Source: Raillietiella orientalis (taxonomy: Eukaryota). From it: DNA of 64,000 bases. The DNA lies in NCBI GenBank assembly GCA_036172245.1, contig JAYWIR010000091.1, positions 124,001 through 188,000 of the forward strand, given 5' to 3'. Shown piece by piece: positions 1 through 13,239 of this stretch; within the stretch, counting starts at the first letter, position 1, and each line of letters opens with the position of its first letter. The translations under genes and the position numbers were made by a program. Below the pieces are notes generated by a model. That model was not told the DNA's origin. It saw only the letters and a program-made list of their open reading frames with translations, and searched no databases.

Positions 1-3000
1 GGTCTCTCCACTCCTCCTCTAGGTGCCTGCATCCTGACAGCTGGTCTTGCTGCACGGGACCACTGCTGGTCTTTTGCCGCGATCTCCTAGCCACTTCTTT
101 TGTAGTTTCGTCTGGAAAACTTCTCCTCGCCGGGCACACACGAGCACAAGTAACTGATTAAGTTGTCGAGCGCACAATACTTTGAGCCGCGAAGCAAGTT
201 CACTGACTCGGCAGGAGAGGAGCAATCTCCCGCCTGTCAAGAATGTGACTCCGTTGCCGCCTTTTGAAAGCGTAGCGAAACCAACGCCCTCAGAGAACGC
301 AGCAAAAATCCCGGAGGTTTCCGCAACCTCTGTCGCGGAAGCATCCGAAAATGTCGAAGGCGAATGAAAGGTTGTGCAGAGGAGGTAAGAAAAACCTCTA
401 GAAAAAGCTCCGCAACATCCATCCCTGAGTTCTTTTGAAGGAAAAATTAGTCGCGGGAATACGAAAACACGCGAGGCTTGTGCCTCTTCCAAGGAAGAAG
501 CCAGCGCCTTCAACGCGTGCAAGTCCCCTTCTGTGACCGCGAAGAAGACCATTCCGGTGCAATCGGACGGATGCAAGCGTATGTCGATCGTGCGAGCATC
601 AGACACCTCAAAGGAGTCCGATAGCGGCGCTGAACGAAGCGTTAATAGCGTGGGAGCGAGCGCCCGCAGGGCTGAAGCCCTGAGGCGTGACACACTCGCT
701 GCGGAACGGCGAGTGCTCACCCCGGATCCCACAGTTTCTGCACCCGGTGAGGAGCACCCGATTACGTGCCGCACAGTTTAGGCCGGTGGCGACCGCGCCA
801 TCCAGACAGTCGTGCTGTTTACTGCCCGCTCGCCGGGTGAGGCGAGCATTACGGCCTTGCTTTCCCAGCCGTGATGAGGGCAATCGCGTCTTCTCGCCGT
901 GTTGCCGTAACGTCTTGGAACGTCAACGGGCTCCAACACGAGGAAAAGAGGCGACTAGTGGCTGACGCTCTGCACGCCTCCGACTTGACGCTCTTGCAGG
1001 AGATACACAGCATCTCTGAAGAGCAGGCTGCCGAAATCGAACGGCGCGCGGGCGGAACGCAACTTTATAGGTGCGGCGTTGCACCTACGTGCGGAGTCGC
1101 TTTTCCCGTGCGAGGAACTTTTGCAAGAGTGGTGCGAAGCGTTTGCTTCGACGCGGAAGGCACAGTGGGACAGCTTGTACTCAAGTGGTCCAACTCGATC
1201 GACCTTGTCGTAACGAACGTGTACGAGCCGAGTAATGCTCGACGATGGGCCAAAATAATTGAGTTCTTCGGTAGCCTTCAAAGCCAGTGGCTCACCCGAT
1301 CTCACCCTACTGTTGCTTATCTCATTGCGGGGGACTTTAACGTCCACCTGCTTTCCGAGAATAGGTCCCACAAAAGGGAAAAGTTGCTAGCGGTGGAGAT
1401 GTGCGCGTCCGTGCACGGGTGCCACTTCTTCGCTAGCGACCCTGTTATGGCAGCAACGCCGGACCACGTATACCTTGATGAACACTTGCTCTCTCGAGTG
1501 GGTCGGAGAGGTCCCGTGCCGTCCGTGCTTTCCGACCACAACAGGCTCGAGTTCGAGTTGCTTCCGCCAGGCAAGGAGCCTCCAAACTGTTTTTGGAGAA
1601 TGCGGCAGACTGGCTAAGCCACCCTCAGGCGGCTAAGCATCTTCTGCAGTACCTCCTCGGCTTTTCCATAGTGAGCTCGAGGACTGGGACGATCTGAAAA
1701 GATCGGTCCGCGGGTTCTGCTGCCGGTTTCCCTTGCTCCAGCTTCCGCGCGGCTTCGGAGAGGGCGTAGCCAACAGAGGAGATTTTCTGCAGGCCCGCTT
1801 TTCTTCCAGGCGCGCGGACGTTGGTCGATAATCCGACTACAAGGCCAAGGCCGAGCGCCAGGTCTGGCAGTCAGGGGCGACAGTTCTGCTCGACGACCAG
1901 GACCGGGAATGCTGGACTCCAGCCGACAAGCGACGGATAGTCAGGCGCTATTACCCTTTTCTGTATGCAGAGGCACCGATGGAAGGCAGTCTCTCCTGGC
2001 TGCTTCTGCCGATTGATGCACCTGTTGTAGACGAGGAGGAACGCGCTCATCTTGACGAGCCCTTCACGGCAGAGTAAATTTCCTCGGCCATCTCGGTGCT
2101 CGAGAGACGAAAAGCGCCAGGCGAAGATGGGCTCCCCGTGGAATTCTTTCAGTGTTTAGCGGCGGAGCTCATCACGCAGGTGCTCCAACTTTTGTCGCTG
2201 ATGCGAGACTCGGGCGATCTACCTGCCTCGTTTCGCTCAGCGAAGGTGCGTCTACTGCCGAAAGGCGGAGATTTGCGCCAAATGAACAACTGGCGTCCGA
2301 TCACATTAGTGAATTCGGACATCAAGTTGTTCTCGAAAGTTTGGGTGGCGCGGATAGGAAGGATCGCGGAATCCTTGGTAAGTCCGGAGGCGAAGTACGC
2401 TGTTCCTCTGCGGTCCATGATAGCGAATGTCTTGTTCATCCGCACATGGCTGCAATTGCAGCATTGTGTGGCGGTAGATCGTAGTGCGGAAACGGTGCCT
2501 TGGATCTCTCACCGACGGAGGCGTGTGACGCAAAGGGAGACACCAAGAGCTTTGGCGGCTGCAGTCGATCTTCACAAAGCTTTCGATTGCGTGAACCAAA
2601 AGCTTATTCTTGAGCTTTTGAAACGTCTGGGTCTTCCGGCATCCCTGTTGGCGTACTTGCGCTCCTGCTGGCGCCACGCGATTACATCCATTGTTTTCAG
2701 TGGCTGTCGCGTGTACGGCGTGCCGGTACGAAGGCGCTGCACGGGAAGCGTGGGACTGCTTTCGTTGCTACCCCACATTCGGCACACCAGAATAGGGTTT
2801 GGCTTCCCGCTGAGGCAAATGTCCTCACTGCTGGAAGCCCAAATCTGTATCTCCTGCCGCCCCATTAACATTAATGCATGTCGGCAGGAATCTCTTTCAT
2901 CGTGGGCAGCTTCCGAAGGAACGCGCCCGGAGGATCTTCGACACCTGCGACTTCTCCTGTCATTAAATGGACGAAGTCATGCAGGACAAGTATTTGTCGG

Positions 3001-4065
3001 ATCGTCTGGCCGCCACACCACTCGCCGCAGCGCTGTCTGCCCTCAGGGCAGGCAACGACGGTTGCCTACCGGCGGAATGGGAGTTCTCCTTGAAAATAGC
3101 GGGAGTCAGTAAGCTTCTCGGCAGCTGGATGACAAAGGAAGTGGTGCAAGCCGCCACTCCTCGGAATCGGGCGAAGGGCCTGCTTCGGTGGAGCGAACAA
3201 TCAAGTGTGCTTTCAGAAGAGATAATATTTCCCCCTGTTTGTTTGGACAGCTCCGTGTTCCCCCTAAGTGGAAACAAGATGTGCTGCTCTTTTTGCATTG
3301 TGCATTACACTGTAAAAGGCAGCGTAGCATCATTTCCTAGGGAGCTGCTTTGCCAAACTGTTTAAGGTGCGGAGAGATCGAGTCTTTTCCGCATCTTTTG
3401 CTGGACTGCGGTGATCTCCGGGAACTGTTACGAAGGCTCACTTCGGCCATCATGCCACAAGGAGGCACTGCCATTGATGTGCTGCGGCGCTTCTTCAGCA
3501 GAAATGGAGTTTCGGTTGGCGCGATTGTCGCAACCATGTGTTGCGTTCGCGCCATCGTGAAGGCATCCTACGCCCTAAAGTTCTCAGCGCAGCGACGGGA
3601 GGCTCACCTCCTTGCAGCTCAATTCATGGAGAAGGCTTCAAGGTGAACTCATCTTTGTGAAAAGGTGAATGGGGACATCACCTGCATACATCGTCGGTTT
3701 ACAGACCTTTGAGAACGGCGTAATCCGGTGACCCTTGCGACCTCTCGCCCCCCATACCCCGTCCCCGTTCGCTCTGTAGAATTTCCGGTGCCCATGCTTT
3801 TATCCCCGTGTCTTCTTGAGCGATCCCAAAGACCCTTATCCCGTCCTCCTTATTCATTGTTTTTATTTTATTTTGGTTTCTTTGTGTTCCCCGCCCCCCT
3901 TACACCGCTCGCAAAACTGTTGCTCTGGCCTGCGTGCCAGCAATATTCTCTTCATTCTTGTTCAGTCGTCGGTTGGGAGTTTGGTTTCAAACTAGTTTAT
4001 TTTGTATAATTGTTTTTTTTTTGTTTATGTTATATGGAATAAACGCCCCGTCGTGACCGGGTGAG
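1..4065 (+). mobile_element. E1: L1/Tx1-like non-LTR retrotransposon (family B), 5' part outside window, disabled, internal deletion in RT
   Basis: ORF1 tail ends in TGATG (872-876). APE motifs SWNVNG/LQE/NVY/AGDFN/SDH in ORF 871-1617. RT motifs KAPGEDG, NWRPITL, HKAFD in 2096-3112, with the QG/YADD region missing at ~2735. CLRCGE..HLLLDC at ~3350. T-rich 3' UTR, AATAAA at 4038 plus terminal hairpin. Confidence 0.93.
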
Positions 4066-6135
4066 AAATCTCCTCGACGTCTCTTGCATTGATCACGTTA
4101 ATCTCCTGGAGAAGCGCCAGGTCGAATTCTCGCAGGGTGTCGGCTGTATCTCGCCTGTTGCCGTCGTCGCGCAACCCGTTGAAATTCCAACAGGCCACGC
4201 GGATTCGTCGGCGACAGGAGAGCCCAGGGATTATTCCTGGGAACGTAGCATTGCGGATCTCGCCACGTTATCGGGTGGGACGGATGGAGGAGGGGGTGCA
4301 TCGCGCACCGGTTCTCCTTTCTCCACGAAGGCCGATTCCGATTCAGGCCTCATCATTGTGGTTCGGCAGGTCTCTCCTACCTGCAATTTCTCCTCCATGA
4401 GGTCCGATTCGCCGGCTGGACCTGTCGGAGGAAGGGAGAAGTTGTCACCTACCTGCTCTTTCTTCTCCATTGGGGTTGACAGCTGCTCGCTCGCGAGGAG
4501 CGGGATATTGCTTCCCTCCGTTCCCACGCTGCCGGCTTCCCCTTCGGCTGCCGGTGCGTCCCCTCCTTCTTGGTGAGGATGTGCCTCCTAGGATTCTTGG
4601 ACTTCAGTCCCGTCTTCTTTGGAGGTGCCTCCGCGGACGAGGACGCACCACCGGCATCTAGATGGGCATGACATGCTTCAGTTGCTTTCACCGTGGCCGG
4701 CCTTCTTAAGGCCTTTCTCTCCGGGATCTCGCGGCCGACGAGTTCGGCCACGAGCTCTCCCGCCGCCTGTTCGTAAGCGGCATCCTCGATTACGGACAGC
4801 GCGTCGCACGGCTCCTCCTCTGTTTTCAGAGAGGTTTCGCCTTCGGGGATCGCGGCCTTCACGCAAACGAGGCGGGGGATGTCTCCCCGGTGGCGACCAC
4901 CAAGGCCACCACGCGCTTCAAAGTGACCGAGCATTCGCGAAGTGGTGCGCGGCGCTCTCTCGTTTCTAGAGATTTCGCCGCTTGCTCCGCTTTCGTGCTT
5001 TCGATGTTCTTATTTTTCCTTGGCTTAACCGTCTGCCAGTCCTCGTTCTCACCAGCGACGTAGGGAGTTTTCTCGACCGGCGATTGCTGAGAGGGCTGGG
5101 GGTCTGGTTTCTGGTCACGCCTTGCTGCAGCTATTTCGCGCTTTGTTGTTCTTACCGCGCGTTCTCCTTTAGCTTTTTTCAAAGCGACGGAGGCCGGAAT
5201 TTCTTGCTTTGCCCGCATTTTCCGGAGGTGGCCCTTTTCTCCGCATGAGAAACACTGAATGTGCGGGCACAATTTTCTCAGGTGTCCTGTCGCATCGCAG
5301 TGTCCACAGTCCTTAAGTTTCCCCACGTACCAGACATCGACCTTTTCGTTAGCGACGTCCAGCTAGAGGGGTAACCCACCGTTTTCATGGACGGTTACAC
5401 GCGCTGCGGCCATGCCACTAAACAGTCTTCCATATGATTGTAAGACGTTGGGCTTGCTCCAGAGGGCGTGTACCGTGCCGTACTTGCTGAATTCCTCCTT
5501 GACGCCCTTCGTCGACATGCGGAGGGTAACTCCTGTGAGGTGCGCTACTACCTTGCGTTCCTCAGTTGAAGGGAAGTGCTTTCTGCTTTCCAGCGAAATG
5601 GGGGTGTTCAGCAGGCGTTGAGTCAGGCTTGCATCCTTGCAAGTCAGCTCCACCCGCTCACCCCCGCTCAACACTGAAAGACCTTCCAGCGCTTCTTCTT
5701 TGACAATCAGCCGCTGCAACTCCCTCTCGAAATTGCGAGCGGTATTTCCAACAAAGAGACTGCCTACCTTATAGATTAGGGACGACTTGTATCGTTGTTC
5801 TTTGTAGGCTGATAGTTCGGCCATGGCAGCAGCGGATGGTGCTGCAGCCAAGGCGCTCCAAGTCATCGTCGCTGGCGACGATGGCTCTGAGGACACGGTT
5901 GCACACTTTTCCATGGATGCCGATGTCCTTGCCTCCGTGGGGGTGATTGCCTCCACCACCATGGGTCGGGGAGAGGAACTAGAGTCTCCCACTCCAATCT
6001 TCATCGAGGTGTCCGCTGGCATTTCTGCCATGGGACACCGACGATGTGCCACACACTCTAGCTTACGAATCGAAATAAACGATACTTCTCAAACTGGAGC
6101 GGTCGGTGTGAAGGAAAAACACGTCCGCCACACTT
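4066..6135 (-). mobile_element. E2: 5' part of family-A element (5' motif, ORF1 6031->4231, start of endonuclease), cut by E1
   Basis: GCGGACGTGTTTTT on minus strand at 6128-6115. Zinc knuckles CGHCDATGHLRKLC and CFSCGEKGH (ORF 4859-5326). EN start ..VACWN..LLQEI ends at the E1 3' end. Confidence 0.88.
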
Positions 6136-8247
6136 CGACGAAGAATGTCGTGTGGGTCAACATGTTTTCAAGTGGTCCGAATCCAGAGCGTTGCAGGGTT
6201 GCTGTCCAGATGTTCCACGAGAGAAAACAGCACTGGAGCGAGGTAAGTTTTCCTCGCCCACCCTGGTTTTTAAGGGTTCTTTAGGACCTCCTGGAGCGTG
6301 AGGCAGTCATTACGGGCGAAGAAATGTCTCTGTTCTTCTTGGGTGCGTTAATGACTGCTCCTTACCCACGCCTGAACCATTTCTTGCAGCCATGCAGGTA
6401 TGTTACAGGGGCGACAGCCGAGCCATTCCGCGTTCTTCCACATCAGTTCAGCCACTCTCCGCAGCTGCAATCCGCAGTGACCGACTTGGCGGCGACGGCA
6501 GAGAGCAAGGAAGGATGACAGTCCCAACTTGCCTGTGGCCTGTTCGACGACGAGACGTACAGGCTTCCACCAGCTGTTACTCCAATATTTCGCCACAAGG
6601 GGAGTAACCAAAACTTGGCCTGCTGCTTAAGCTGCTGCAGCGTCAGGAGGCGGAAACCTCCATCCCGACGCGCAGCGCTCAAATCCACAAGCCGGACTCG
6701 AGCCCTCCCATTACCCCACAGGGCAATATTTAGGAGGTACTTTGTCCGCTTTTAGTCTCTGTGGTAGGGGTACAAACAAAAAGTAGGGAACGGAGGAGAG
6801 GGCCGCGAACGCGTTCCACACAGCGGCCCGTTCCGGCAGGGAAAACCTCCGGCCTTGGAACGGGCCGATTGCAGTCTCCACCTTCTGAGGACAGCTGGAC
6901 CACGCATCCGAAGGGAGATAATCACCCATCGGTACACCGAGGTACTTAAAGCATGTACCGTGGAAATACCCAAACGGACCCTGTCCGACTGTCCTGCTTA
7001 CGTTGCACCGACTGGCATGACGGATGAGTTCACACTGTTCTCCTGAAGCCCTGTTCCCCGACTAAGTAGGTCGAAGAACTCCTCGACCGCCGAAGCCGGG
7101 GTGGAAATGGGGAGCAGGAGCAGAAGGTCGTCCGCGTATGCTGACACCACAGGCGTATTCGGATAGTCGCTCGGCAGGTGCGCGAGAGTTTCCCTGTACG
7201 CTCTCAGTACCAACTCGAAGTAGGTACTGAAGAGCAAGGGACTCAGGCTGTCTCCCTGCCGTATGCCGCGTCGCACCGGTACGCCGTGCACGTAGTGTCC
7301 ACTGAAAAAGTTCTAAATGAGCGCGTCGCGCCAGCAGGATCGCAGGTAGGTCAGCAAAGTGACCGGGAAACCCAAGCGTTCCAGGAGCTCCAGGAGGAGC
7401 CTCTGGTCGACACAGTCGAATGCTTTATGTAAATCGACTGCGACCGCGAGGGCTTCCTCGCCCCCCAACCATCCCGTTTCCTAGCCTCAAAAATTCCGGA
7501 AGTCCGGTTTCCCATCCTGACCCTTTCCTTTTGGAGCGCGAAGAAGGTACTGGCGAGAAACAGGTTGGCATCTATGCTTCGCCCGGGAACAGCATATGTC
7601 TGTTCCGGGCTGATGAAGACATCCGCCAACCGCCCCAGGCGTTCAGCCCACAACTTTGCCAGCAGCTTGACGTTTGCGTTTATCACGGTAATCAGCCGCC
7701 AGTTGCTTATGCTCCGAAGGTCTCCTCTCTTAGGGAGGAGACGCAACTTTGCCGAACGAAACGAGGTGAGGACGTCTCCCGTTTCGCGGATCTGCAAGGT
7801 GAGCTGATGTACCAGCGTAGTAAGCTCTGCCGCGAAAGTTTGATGAAACTTTGCAGGCAGGCCGTCCTCCCCTGGAGCCTTGCGCCTCATAAGCTTTCCG
7901 ATGGACGAGTGATCTCGCCCATCGTGAAAGGCTCGTCCCGGGTCCTTCTATCTTCCTCCCCGAACGACGGAGCGCCTTTCGGAAGAAGTCGCGAGACATC
8001 CCGTTCCAGTGGAGCGTGCGCGTACAGGGAGGAGTAGAATTTTCTTAATAAGTCTTTTACCTGTGCGTGGGTCGAGTTCTCCGAGCCCTGGTAGTCTAGC
8101 AAGCTGGCCGACCCAGATTGCCATGCCTGCCTCTCGGCTCCTGCGCGGTATTCGGCTAGCTTGCGTACGTCTGGTGTTTGCGCGTAAAGTCGTGCTTGTA
8201 AGTATGCTCTCTCGTTACGGCCGCCTTCGCCAGCCGCTCTTGTGGAG
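6136..8247 (-). mobile_element. E3: degenerate ORF2 fragment (linker, RT, part of C-terminal region)
   Basis: KAPGEDGLP, LLPKRGDLR..NWR (7351-7890) and GIRQGDSLSPLLF..AYADD (6998-7291). Multiple frameshifts. Confidence 0.88.
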
Positions 8248-11200
8248 AGCGGACGAGTTTTTTCGGCGCTCCGTCCACGAGTACCGGAAAGCATTTTTTT
8301 TTTCTTCTGCAGTGTGTGCGTGTTCACATCGTTGGTGTACGATGGCATCGCTGCCAGAGTACACCACGATGGAAGTAGGCGTGAGGGAGGCTAGTTCGCC
8401 ACCACTGCCTACTGGATAAGGAACAGCCGCCTCGGAATCATCTTGGCTTCGCCGAGGACATCGTTGCCGCGCCGAGCGCGAAAAACTTTTCTGAACAAAA
8501 CGCATACAGAGCCAACGGTTACAAGCCGTCGCTTGTCTACAAGGTAGGCAACCTGTTCGATGGCAAGACTGCACGTGCCTTTACGAAGGCACTGCAGTCT
8601 GCAAACGTTCTGGAGCAAGATCTTCTCGGCCTCTTCGTCCACAGCGGGGTCAGCGCGTCGAGGTAGTCTACAAAGACATTACCTTGTCACAGCGTCTGAT
8701 CACCTCCACGCTGAACGTTGATGGACGCAAGATCTCGCCGGTGACCATGAACCGCTCCGTGGCTGCCCATCTCACTGGAAACACGAGCCGTATGACTCGC
8801 TCTGCGGTCGGAGAAGAACTTCAAAAGTTCGGCAAGGTGCACGCGCTGTGGCCAAAGCCCACCATATTTGACGGCTACAATAGGTTTTTGGTGGTCAGGC
8901 TGCAGCGCGGGTAACCGTGAAGCAGGAGTGTGGGCTTCCCCACAAGCTGGAGGTCGCGCAAGAGGGCGTAGACCTCTGGTATGAGGGAAAGCCTTGGTAT
9001 TGCTGTTACTGTGATGCCGTAGGAGAACTTCGCAAGAGGTGTCCTAACATACAGTGCCGCAGGTGCAAAGAGAAGGGCCACGTTCGTCGTGTGTGCTCAA
9101 AACGCCCCACCCCAGTTCCCCACGCCGCGAAAAAAGCGCAGGGGAAACGTGCGCTAAAGGTCCAAGACCTAAGTCGGACACTGCCCGACAGAGGCTGCCA
9201 GATCCTAACCCTCCAAAAGAAAGGACGGAGGATAAACCTTCCGAAGTAATGGGAGGTGAAGAGGGCTGGCAACTCGTAGCGACCAGAAAGACAAAGAAAG
9301 CTCCTCCAGAGGAGAAAAAAGAAAAGAAGCCGGCCCCATTCGAAGACGTTGCGCGAGTGCACGGTAGCATTCGAACGCATTGCCGTTCCCGAGGCTGCCA
9401 CCCGGGGAGACGAGCCTCCCCTTGCCGCTTCCGCCGCGCCCGAGGTTCGCGACGGCGAATTCTCTGTTTGCACAAAGGATGATCCGCGCGACATAGCGGC
9501 GGTCGAAGCCGCGGACGCCGCGTTCGTGCAGGCGGCGGAGGAGCTCGCGGCCACGCTGGCTAAGCGTGACAACCCCTCACGCAAGGCCGTGCAAAGGCCA
9601 CCGCAGGTGAGTTCGACATGGGGGTCGAAAGTGCATCCTCCTCCTCGGAGGCACCCCCCAGGAAGTCGGGACGCAAGTCCCAAAAGCCGAGGAAGCGCCT
9701 TCCCTCCACGAGCGAGGAGGAGAAGCAGGAAGTCGCCGGCAGCGTGGGAATCCCGGAGGGGGAACTCCCACACGCGGATGTCGCCGAGCAGGCCACCCCC
9801 ATGGACGAGGGTGAGCAGGAAGGCGAAGTCCTCCTCGCTGTCGCGGATCCTGAACAGCCCGCTCCTCTGAAGGAGGGCCAAGAGGTAGGCGCGACCCCAA
9901 CTGAGGGTGACCCGCTCGAAGCGCCGGTACCTATGGAGGAAGAGGACCAGGTGCCTTCAGCACCTGTCCCCCCTCCCTCTCCAGATAGCGTCCCGCCTCA
10001 ACAGTTGGCGGACGTCGCATCGCCAATTTCCCAGGAATAACACCTGGACTCGCCAGTCGCTTTCGGATCCGCGTGGCCAGTTGGAACGTCAACGGGCTGC
10101 GCGACGACGGCAACAGACGAGATACGGCCGACACCTTGCGTGAGTTCCACCTGGCGCTGCTGCAGGAGATCCACGTGATCACCGCGGCAGACGCCCACGA
10201 GATCGAGACGATCGCGGGGGGTCGGCTGTATTGGGGATGCGGCCTCCGCAACACCTGCGGGGTCGCGTTCTTCGTGAAGGCGGCCATCGACGCGGCCGTG
10301 AAGGGCGTGCGCTTCGATGACGACGGTCGGGTCGGTCAGCTGATTCTCAGCTGGTCTGACTCGATCGATCTAATCGTCAGGAATGTGTGCGTCCCCAGCG
10401 GTAAACCGGGATACAGCGACCGTACCAGGCTGCTGGAATCCCTGAAGCGCCGTTGGCTGGTCGATACGAACGTGCGGAAGGCACACCTGATAGCTGGGGA
10501 CTTTAATGTCCGTCTGCTGTCAGGTGAGCCCGAAGTGCAAGAACGCACGGCCAACGAGTTGTGCGCTGCCATGCGCTCGCCCAACTTGTTGGCGAACGCG
10601 GATGGAATGGACCGCAGCGTAGACCACGTCTTCCTGGATGCCGACCTGTGCTCACGGGTCGGCAAACGGGGCAAAGTTGCGTTGACGCTGTCGGACCATT
10701 CCCGGTTAATCGCCGAAATATTCCCACGCGAAACAGGACCCCCGTTCATGGCGTGGCGGCTGCCTGGGGACTAGATGCGACTCTTAGGTGCGAAAGAACA
10801 CCTTCGCCAATTCCTGAGAGGCGTCACCTTCCGGAATCACAACGACTGGGACTTCTTAAGGCCTCGGACCGACAGTTTTGCGAGGAGTTCCCTTTGCACC
10901 GCCTGCCTCCCGGATTTGGGTAGGGGGCTCGGAACCATAAGGCTTATTCATAGGTCCGTCGGTACGAGAGGACCCTGAGTGTCCGTCGCCTGGCCGAAAA
11001 TTGAGTCGGGGCCGAGCGCCAACCTAGCAATCCGGGTTGGCCAGCATGCTGGACGAACAGGGCCTGTAGCGCTTGGCCCCAATCCGATCAGGCACCTCTT
11101 GCGACGGTTTTATTTCTTCCTTTACGCCAGGTCACCCCCAGAGCGGGATGCCTCGTGGATCCTGCTTCCGGACGGAGCATCGGCAATAAGGGAGGAAGAA

Positions 11201-13239
11201 AGGATTATCCTCGACGAGCGTGATAATACTGGCGAAATTTTCGCATGTATTAAAAGGCTTAAGAGGCGTAAGGCGCCAGGGGAGGACGGCCTGCCCGCGT
11301 TGTTTTTCAAATGCTTTGCGGCAGAGCTGGCCCCCCTGGTGCTTCGGTTGACCGGGCTGATCAAAGACGAAGACGACGTTCCCGAATCGTTTCGGTCAGC
11401 CCGAGTGAGGCTCCTCCCAAAGGGAGAAGACCTGCGAACACTTGAAAATTGTTGTCCGATCAGAATTGTGAATACGGACGCCATGCTGATTGCTGGACTG
11501 TGGGCTTCGCGTTGAGGACAGGTGGCAGACTCCATAATTAGAACGGAACAGACATACGCTGTTCCCGGGAAAAGCATGGATGCCAACCTGTTCTTCACGA
11601 GCACGTGGTTCCAGGTACAACGCTGCCCCAATGAGTCAGGAAGCAAGATTAACAACCCCACTTTGGGGCCGCCAGCGTGGCTGGGGATGGACACCCGGGC
11701 GGGGAAGGGGGCCCTAGCGGTTGCGGTCGATCTCCATAAGGCGTTCGATAGCGTGGACCAGGAGCTACTATTGGAGCTCCTGGGTCGCATGGGCTTCCCA
11801 CCCTCCCTTCTCTCCTACCTGCGCTCTTGCTGGCGGAATGCGCTGATTGACATCTGTTTTAGTGGACAAACGACTACGGCGTGCCGGTGCGACGGGGCAT
11901 ACGGCAGGGCGATAGCCTCAGTCCCCTGCTCTTTAGCACATACTTTGAGTTGGTGCTGAGAACATACAGGGCGACCCTGGCAGCCTTGCCTAGCTCGTGC
12001 GCCGGCACGCTTGCCGTTGCAGCAAACGCCGACGATCTTTTGCTGATGTTGCTCATGTCCTCCCAGGCAGCCGCAGTCGAAGATTTCTTCCACCTGCTAA
12101 GCCGTGGGACTGGATTGAAGGTTAACAAGGCGAAGTCGTCGGTCGTACCGGCTGGAGCGACGTGGATCAGACGGCATGACTGGATCCGCTTGGGGATCCC
12201 CACGGCCAGGTACCTGAAGTACCTGGGTGTCCCGATGGGGGACTTCTGCCTCGCCGAAGCCTGGTCAAATCCTCTCCAAAAGGTAGCGTTGGCAATCGGC
12301 CAGTTCCTGGAAGGCAAGTTCCTTCTGCTGGAAAGGGCCGCGGTGTGGAACGCCTTCGCGGCTCCTATCCTCCGCCCCCTGCTTTTTGTGTGCCCCGTCC
12401 TTGCTCAGTTGAAAAAGAGGACCAAAGATTTTCTCCGTATCGCCCTCTGGGGCAGCGGGAGTCCAAGAGCGCCTCTGAAGGACATATGCGCTCCGCGTCG
12501 GGACGGCAGTCTTGGCCTCCTGACGTTGGAGCGCATGGACATACAGCTGCGAAGGCGCAGCCACCCTATCGCAGCAAAGACATGGAACACCCCTTGGTGC
12601 GTTCTAAACCCGTATCCTCGCCAGACGTGTATCCAGGACGCAAGGACTCGCGTCTTTTCTTCTGTGCTCCGGCCGGAAGGTCAGAAGTTTCGGCCTTCTT
12701 CTTGGACGCATGGAAGCCCTGGTGAGAGAGAACGGCTAAACGGTATGCAGCCCCGCCAACTCCTCCGCTTGGCTGGAGGAAGCCGTTAGGACGTGGGCTA
12801 AGATCAATCAACCGGAAGCACATGAATGGAACCGCCTGCGATTCGGTCCCAACGCCTGCTTTACACTGCGGACTACTCTGGAGTGTCTGAAGTGTGGGCT
12901 GAGACTACCCCTTTAGCTTCGACCCTGCCCTTTCTGCAAAGGGCTTTAACCAGCGGCCGGACGCCAAAGTGGAAAGTCTTCTGCCAAATCGCAGGCAGAG
13001 AGAAGAAGATGAGCAGCTGGACCATGGGAGAACTGGCAGATGTTACGACCCCGAGTGCTCTCACGCGTGGACTTCTTAGATGGGGCGAGCTGCTCGGCAT
13101 CCCGACGGATGACCTGAAGTGGCCCCCAGTATTAATTGGATCCAGGCTTCTCTTACTGAAGTGGCAAAAGTCGGCGCTGCTGCTGTTGCACTGGAGTCTA
13201 CCCGGCAATGCGCGTCGCTTCCACTGGTAGCGGAGAAGT
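8248..13239 (+). mobile_element. E4: family-A element from 5' end to just before the zinc finger, interrupted by E5
   Basis: 5' motif GCGGACGAGTTTTTT at 8249. ORF1 8342-10040 with knuckles CCYCDAVGEL..C and CRRCKEKGH..C. EN 10040-10774. RT fragments 10979-12789. Ends at NARRFHW. Confidence 0.9.

Noticed and set aside
9349..10040. Two overlapping open frames in late ORF1 of E4 and E6, suggesting a programmed frameshift
   Set aside because: The shifts arise from different indels in each copy, and E2 reads through that region in one frame. This is decay plus GC-rich stop-poor sequence.
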